Positions 58,594-64,000 of a stretch of 64,000 nt of DNA are shown here, piece after piece. The notes beneath the pieces were generated by a model that was not told the DNA's origin, did no database searches, and was given only the letters and a program-made list of their open reading frames with translations. This DNA comes from Hydrolagus colliei (Eukaryota), in NCBI GenBank assembly GCA_035084275.1, contig CM068761.1:9114001-9178000 (forward strand). Reading direction: 5' to 3'. The translations under genes and the position numbers were made by a program. Positions within the stretch are counted from its first letter, which is position 1. The number at the start of each line of letters is the position of its first letter.

Positions 58594-59587
58594 CTGCAAA
58601 CATTGGCAGCGGGTCTCAGGGCGACTGAATGTATTGGTGGATCCCCTCCCCCCAGCGGTGCGTATTGGCTGCGTATTGGCATCCACCCCCAGCACGTTAG
58701 GTTGGCGGTCAGCTGTCCATCACCCCGAGAACACGCCCCCCTCCCCGGCCAGCCAGTCACCCTTTCCTGCCTCGGGGCCCCGCGCTATTGTATTTCATGT
58801 TCCCGAGGCCTCCACTGCATCAATTTATAATAATCCTGACAACCCTGGAGAGTTATAAGGAATTAAGATACAAACAGTCGGTTTGGGGGGTTAGCGCTGA
58901 CACGTGTTGAGTGTAAAGCAATTAAAACCATCTGCATCATGTCTAAAAATACCAGCAGCCGCGGCTCGGTAACATGAATGGTTTTGCTGAGAGTGGATCG
59001 GAGAACATGTCAATATGAGGGATTGGATAAGGGAACTGTATAATGGGCTGCCGTGAAATATTGTTCTCACTCGTTTATTTCCTGACTGTCAGTGACAGCG
59101 GGAGGGGGGGGTGGAGGGGGGGATACGTTGTCGATTTTAGCCAAAGAACATTGAGATGACGCTCCAACAAGAGCTTTCCGTCCAATATTAATAGTAAATG
59201 GCAACTGATAATCTGCGGCAAATTGGGTGAATGTTGGAATTTAACCCGCCAATAACCACACAGTTTGCTATTGGAATTACCAGCCACCTTCCCGCTGCTT
59301 GTTCAGCTCGCACCAAGTGTGTAGTCATGGCGTTGGCTTGCGGAACAGTCATCATTTGTCAGTAAATAAAATGATCAATAAAACAGTGTCAGTGATGGCA
59401 ATGAATCTGTGACTTTATTAAGCGGAGCTACTTAATAATTAAACAATGTGATTGTTAAGAGCCAGGAAACTAGCAAGACGCAGAAATGGCATTCAGCTAT
59501 TCCTAGATAATTGTACATTAATTAGTAATCCGCGAATCGCTGCGATAATTTAAAATAGAGAATGAAACAGAAGTAAAACAAGTTTTT

Positions 59588-59593
59588 TTTATT
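59588..59593 (-). terminator. IgL cluster 2 polyA signal AATAAA
   Basis: Orthologous position to cluster 1. Confidence 0.75.
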
Positions 59594-59759
59594 GCAAACT
59601 CAAACTACTCCACATTTTGATTGGAATTACATCAGCATCGAAATACAGACGGCGCGATACTGTGACACAGTTTGGCTCGTTATCAAAATGTGGGAATGTC
59701 GAATTGAACATTTCTCAACAAGGCTCCGTGGGCAGTACAGTTCAGTACAGTTCCCGGAA

Positions 59760-60082
59760 TCATACACAGGTGGATCTGGCGATGGTTGTTTTAAGAGGAT
59801 CTGCCCGAGCCTCGTGTTTGACCAGACAGGAATACAGCTCGTGTGACTCCCACTCGGAGGCTGGCAGAGTCAGATAACTGCTCACACTGTACGTGTTGTC
59901 CACCTCCTGCTTGATCGCACTCGTTTCAACACCTTCACTTCTGGCGCTGCCATCCACAGTCCACTTGACCTCCACAGCTCCCGGGGTAAAATCATTCACC
60001 AGACACACCAGGGTCGCCTTGCTCTTTGCTGTGATTTGATCTGGTGACGGCGGAAGGACAGTCACCGAAGGGGCCCGTGGGT
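59760..60082 (-). CDS. IGL: IgL cluster 2 constant exon
   Basis: 3 substitutions versus cluster 1; ends STCV*. Confidence 0.96.
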
Positions 60083-62101
60083 CTGGAAATAAAGATTCAG
60101 TTTTGAAAACATCTGCTGAGAACTTTATCATTTCCCTCTGATGGTTTAGCAATATAAAGTGCTCTCCTCTCCACTCCCAATTGATTCGAATCTCAAACTA
60201 ATCTCGCCATGTTAACCTCCAATATATAATCCTATATACCGGCCACTAACTTTACCATTTTGCTAAGATCAACATTTAAATACAAACTCTGGCGGCTGGT
60301 ATTGTGATAGATGTGATTCTCTTTCAGGTAAACCATTGCTATGTTTAGCAGAAACACGTTGATGTTATTCAAACAACTGCTTGTTGTGTTAAAATGATAA
60401 GAAATAGATTAATTACGGCTGGAAAACACGCGAATAATACTGTCGGGATCAATGTGATGAGCGTTGTGGATGCGGGTGTATAATGATTACACTCTAAACG
60501 TTCAGATCAAACCAATTGACAATGCGTTGCAGTGATTAGAGTTCCTGCGATAGAATCCTCTGAAAATAACAGTATATTTGTTGCAGAAACAGTGTGTTTA
60601 GAGTTGACCAGTCACCAGTGAGTTGTGGTCAGACTTCAATTGCACTTTATACCATCATGTTCACAGTGTTTACAGCTCCCGCTGGATATTATTCTAATCT
60701 TTCGCATTTCTATTCTAAACCAATTCTGAATTTGATAATCAATGTGAATTATCAGCGATGATTTGATCCTGTCGATAAAATAACCATTATTAATCAGAAA
60801 TTATCCACAAAATTGCGTTTCAAGTTAGAGATGAACTAAAGTTGGTGTTTGGGCTGGCCATGGGCCAGTGTACCTCCCGCCCACATTCGCTGTTCACTGT
60901 TCTCAACATTTACAGATCAACTTACAGCTTTGCTGCAGTTGGCGATTTGGGTTTTATTTTCCTTCAATAACAAATACCTGGTCAGTAAAGCCGTCGGTGA
61001 AAAAAAGATGATTCACTTTATGGCTGTTTGTGGGACATTGCTGAACACAATAACACGATGGCCACAAATGCACAGTCACTCACTGTACAGTAAATACTGT
61101 GAAGTTCATTGAAATATCTCGACCACAGGGTGACAGTTATTATTGTTGTTATTGCTATTATACATGCAGTATTATTAAGAACAATACAATACAGTACGGG
61201 CTGAGATTTGTTTTGGGAATGTCGGGTTTGTAACAAGATTCGATGCGAATCGGAATACAGTCGGTTACAATACAACACCATCTACATTGATGTCGCGATT
61301 GCCTGGCAGGAGGATTTCGCAAATGGCCATAACAAGTGAAACTGAATTAAAACAGGAGAATATCGCATTCAATTGATACAATGGGATTCATACGGTAAAC
61401 TTCTCACTACCAAGAATTCAAATATATACCTATCACGTTAGAAAGGTTATCAATGAGGTCAGAATATTAATGCAAATGATTTTTCGAAAAATAATTGAGC
61501 TCAATGTAAAATACAGCGCCAGATAAATGATGAATAAAAACCCAATCTGTACCAAATCAGGAATATACTTACCACCAATCCCCACTCTGGTCCCTTTACC
61601 GAAGACATAGCCCGATTCCCACACAGCACAGTAATAATCAGCGGCGTCATCCGCCTGAACACTGGAGATGATTAAATCGCCAGACCTGGAATCCCTGGAG
61701 CCCGAGAATCGATCGGAAACTCCCGACATCCTGGTGAAGCTGTTCACTCCATTAGTGTACAGGAGATACTGAGGAGCATTCCCCGGCCTTTGCTGGTACC
61801 AATACACATATTCGCTGCTAATTCTGCCCCCAGTCATGGTACAACCCAGGGTCAACTTCTCTCCCAGGGAGGTAGAGACCGACGGCGGCTGATGTAAGGC
61901 TGGCAGCGAGTTTACACCTGTAAAACAGTAAGTCAGGAGAACACATAACAATACATGATGATTCTCAAATAAAAGGCAAATGAAAGCTCTCAGCCCATGT
62001 ACCCAACACAAGAACAAAGAACAGGAGCAATAATAATCCCTGAAGGACTCACAGTGGAGGCAAGTCATCAATGTGGCGAGAAATGGAATCCAAGGCGCCA
62101 T
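59760..62101 (-). CDS. IGL: Immunoglobulin lambda-type (type II) light chain, germline-joined VJ, cluster 2 (238 aa)
   Basis: Leader 62101-62053, VJ 61917-61573, C 60082-59760; intact frame and splice sites; 8 nt differences from cluster 1 in 717 coding nt. Confidence 0.96.
61573..61917 (-). CDS. IGL: IgL cluster 2 pre-joined VJ exon
   Basis: Same CDR3/J junction as cluster 1; 5 substitutions elsewhere. Confidence 0.96.
62053..62101 (-). CDS. IGL: IgL cluster 2 leader exon
   Basis: Identical to cluster 1 leader. Confidence 0.93.
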
Positions 62102-62180
62102 GGTGAGGGTTACGGGATCGGTCACAAATTCCAACCGTTTCCTGACAACAACTGACTCTGGGTATCAGCCCGTGGCTCAG

Positions 62181-62243
62181 TTTATGAACTGACCCAATTC
62201 TGAACGTCACACAGCGCTGATCAGTTATGCAAATCCCCCGGGG
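62181..62243 (-). promoter_or_regulatory. IgL cluster 2 promoter with octamer (62227-62234)
   Basis: Same arrangement as cluster 1. Confidence 0.85.
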
Positions 62244-64000
62244 CCGCCTGGCCCGGCCCGTTCACCTCCACCCGAGAGCCGGGTGACCAGCGGCTCATTG
62301 ACAACACTCCACACTCACAGAAATAAAGCACAGGATCAGTGGATTCTCAACTCGAATCTGAGACGTTTATACTTTTGTTGTTCGGTTGGCGGATCATTTA
62401 CCAGCGACACATCAATTCAAACAATATGGAGGAAATGGTCATCCGGAAATATCACCAAATATTCACATTCAAAAACTGTGGCATTTTTATGAATAAATGA
62501 CATATTTATATAACGTGGTAGATTTGTTGAATTGCAGCTGAAAAGGGTGAAGAATTATAAACTAAATCATGTTTTATAGATAAGTACAAATATTCAAATA
62601 TCCCAGTTTGGACTTGGATTCCATTGTAGGTATTTGCTTGTAATAAGTAATAAGAATAATATTTCTTGCATTTGCTGTAGAGAATTTCTTGTCTTCTAAA
62701 CGCCTCAGGAACTTCACAGGATGTACTGTTATTGGAAGGCAAGATGGGTTAGTCAAATGCGCTCAGCAATGTCCCACAACCAGGCATCGATTGAAGTGAC
62801 CAATTTATCATTATTTTATTATTGTTTAAATGGACGTTAAGTTCAGGTTTCTGTTAATAGTGTCCATGTAGGTAAAGCACGAGTTTCCACACATCAAGTT
62901 ATGATGTCAACGAGTCAATTTTACGTTTGTATTGACTTTTTCTTGCTGATTTAACCTAACAATCTACAGGAGTCTCAAGTGGTCTGACTCCCCCACGGCC
63001 TCGTCCTACTAACAACAACAACAACAACAAAATTAGATTGATAAAGCGCCTGTCACGTCGGGAGGATGTGAAAGGCTAAACAGAATTTACGTTTGAGATT
63101 GTATCAGCATGGATTCCCGCAGCTCAATGGTTACAGCGTTTGCAAAGAAGAGATGTGGGTTATTTTGCCGGCAAGGCGAAACCTTGAGCAAGGTTCCTGT
63201 TTCCACACTGACTGACAATAGTCCCTCAATTAACAGGCAATTGTAAAATTGGTCATTTCAATCCAGAACAGTTTGTGGAGCGCTGCTGTGCACAGTTTGC
63301 TGCCTGTCTTGTCCACAAAACTACAGTTAATTCACCATCGACTACCCCAATAACACACTCATCACAGCATCCTTTCACACAACATAAAATAAAAATCCAT
63401 GTATTATTAGAAACCAGAGAAAACAATAAAGAATTTACACATTTGATCACTAGTTAACACATATCTGCCGTTTATTGCAAGCTATGACCTCAATGAATCA
63501 CTTCTGCGTTTGTATTGACTTGTTTTTGCTGATTTAACATAACAAGTTACAGCAGTCTGTATAGGTCAGCGCCAAGGGTCCGACCCGCGAAAAAGAATTA
63601 ACGTTTGAGATTGTTTCACCATAGAGTCCTGTAGCTCAATGGTTAGAGCACTTGCAAGCAAGAGATATGGGTTGTTTTCCCAGCAGGGATAAACCTTCAG
63701 AAAAGTTTCCTTTCTCTACACTGTCTGACAATAATCCCTCGAAAAAAACCAATGATACAATTTCAATTCAGGACAATTTGTGGATTCCTCTGTGCGCTGT
63801 TTGCTGTCCATCTCACCAACAAAAATACAGTTAATTCACCATTGCCTACTCCAATAACACACTCCTCACAGCATCCTATTACACTATCAATAACACATGA
63901 AAAATCCATCTTTATTGGACGTCAGAGAAAAGAATAAACAATTGACACGTTTGATCACTTCATCCTCTTTAAGCAGTTTGTTACTAAACATTAGATGACA

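Larger units (their letters stand above)
44567..64000. repeat. Tandem segmental duplication of the IgL cluster (44567 to about 50890 matches 57856-64000; period about 13.1-13.3 kb)
   Basis: Collinear hand alignment; offset 13300 at C and 13110 at V; second copy truncated by the window end. Confidence 0.95.

Noticed and set aside
57856-64000. Second IgL cluster as an uncollapsed haplotype artefact
   Set aside because: Its left flank is about 20% diverged and then unrelated to the flank of copy 1, which alleles would not show. Read-depth confirmation is still advisable.

Overview
Vertebrate genomic DNA from a cartilaginous fish, probably a holocephalan/chimaera (inferred from the DeuSINE/L2 repeat types and the Ig organisation). 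The first half (1-33 kb, + strand) holds the last 13 coding exons of HIRA. All have GT-AG introns, keep frame, and end at a TAG at 32268. After a repeat-dense spacer come two tandem, intact immunoglobulin lambda-type (type II) light-chain clusters on the - strand, about 13.1-13.3 kb apart. Each is Leader-VJ-C with V and J already joined in the germline and no RSS. The second duplicated unit runs off the window end. The rest is tRNA-headed DeuSINEs, L2 and CR1 fragments, four copies of a non-autonomous hAT element carrying a C-rich minisatellite, a solo LTR and a Penelope-like remnant. Main leads: (1) direct HIRA-Ig lambda linkage echoing human 22q11; (2) an open J-intron read-through that would give a transmembrane-anchored V-only protein; (3) a CCAAT/GC-box VNTR 3' of each C exon; (4) gene-conversion-like mosaicism and CDR-focused differences between the two Ig copies; (5) the hAT family. 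All alignments, counts and identities were done by hand; family names come from recalled motifs, not database searches.
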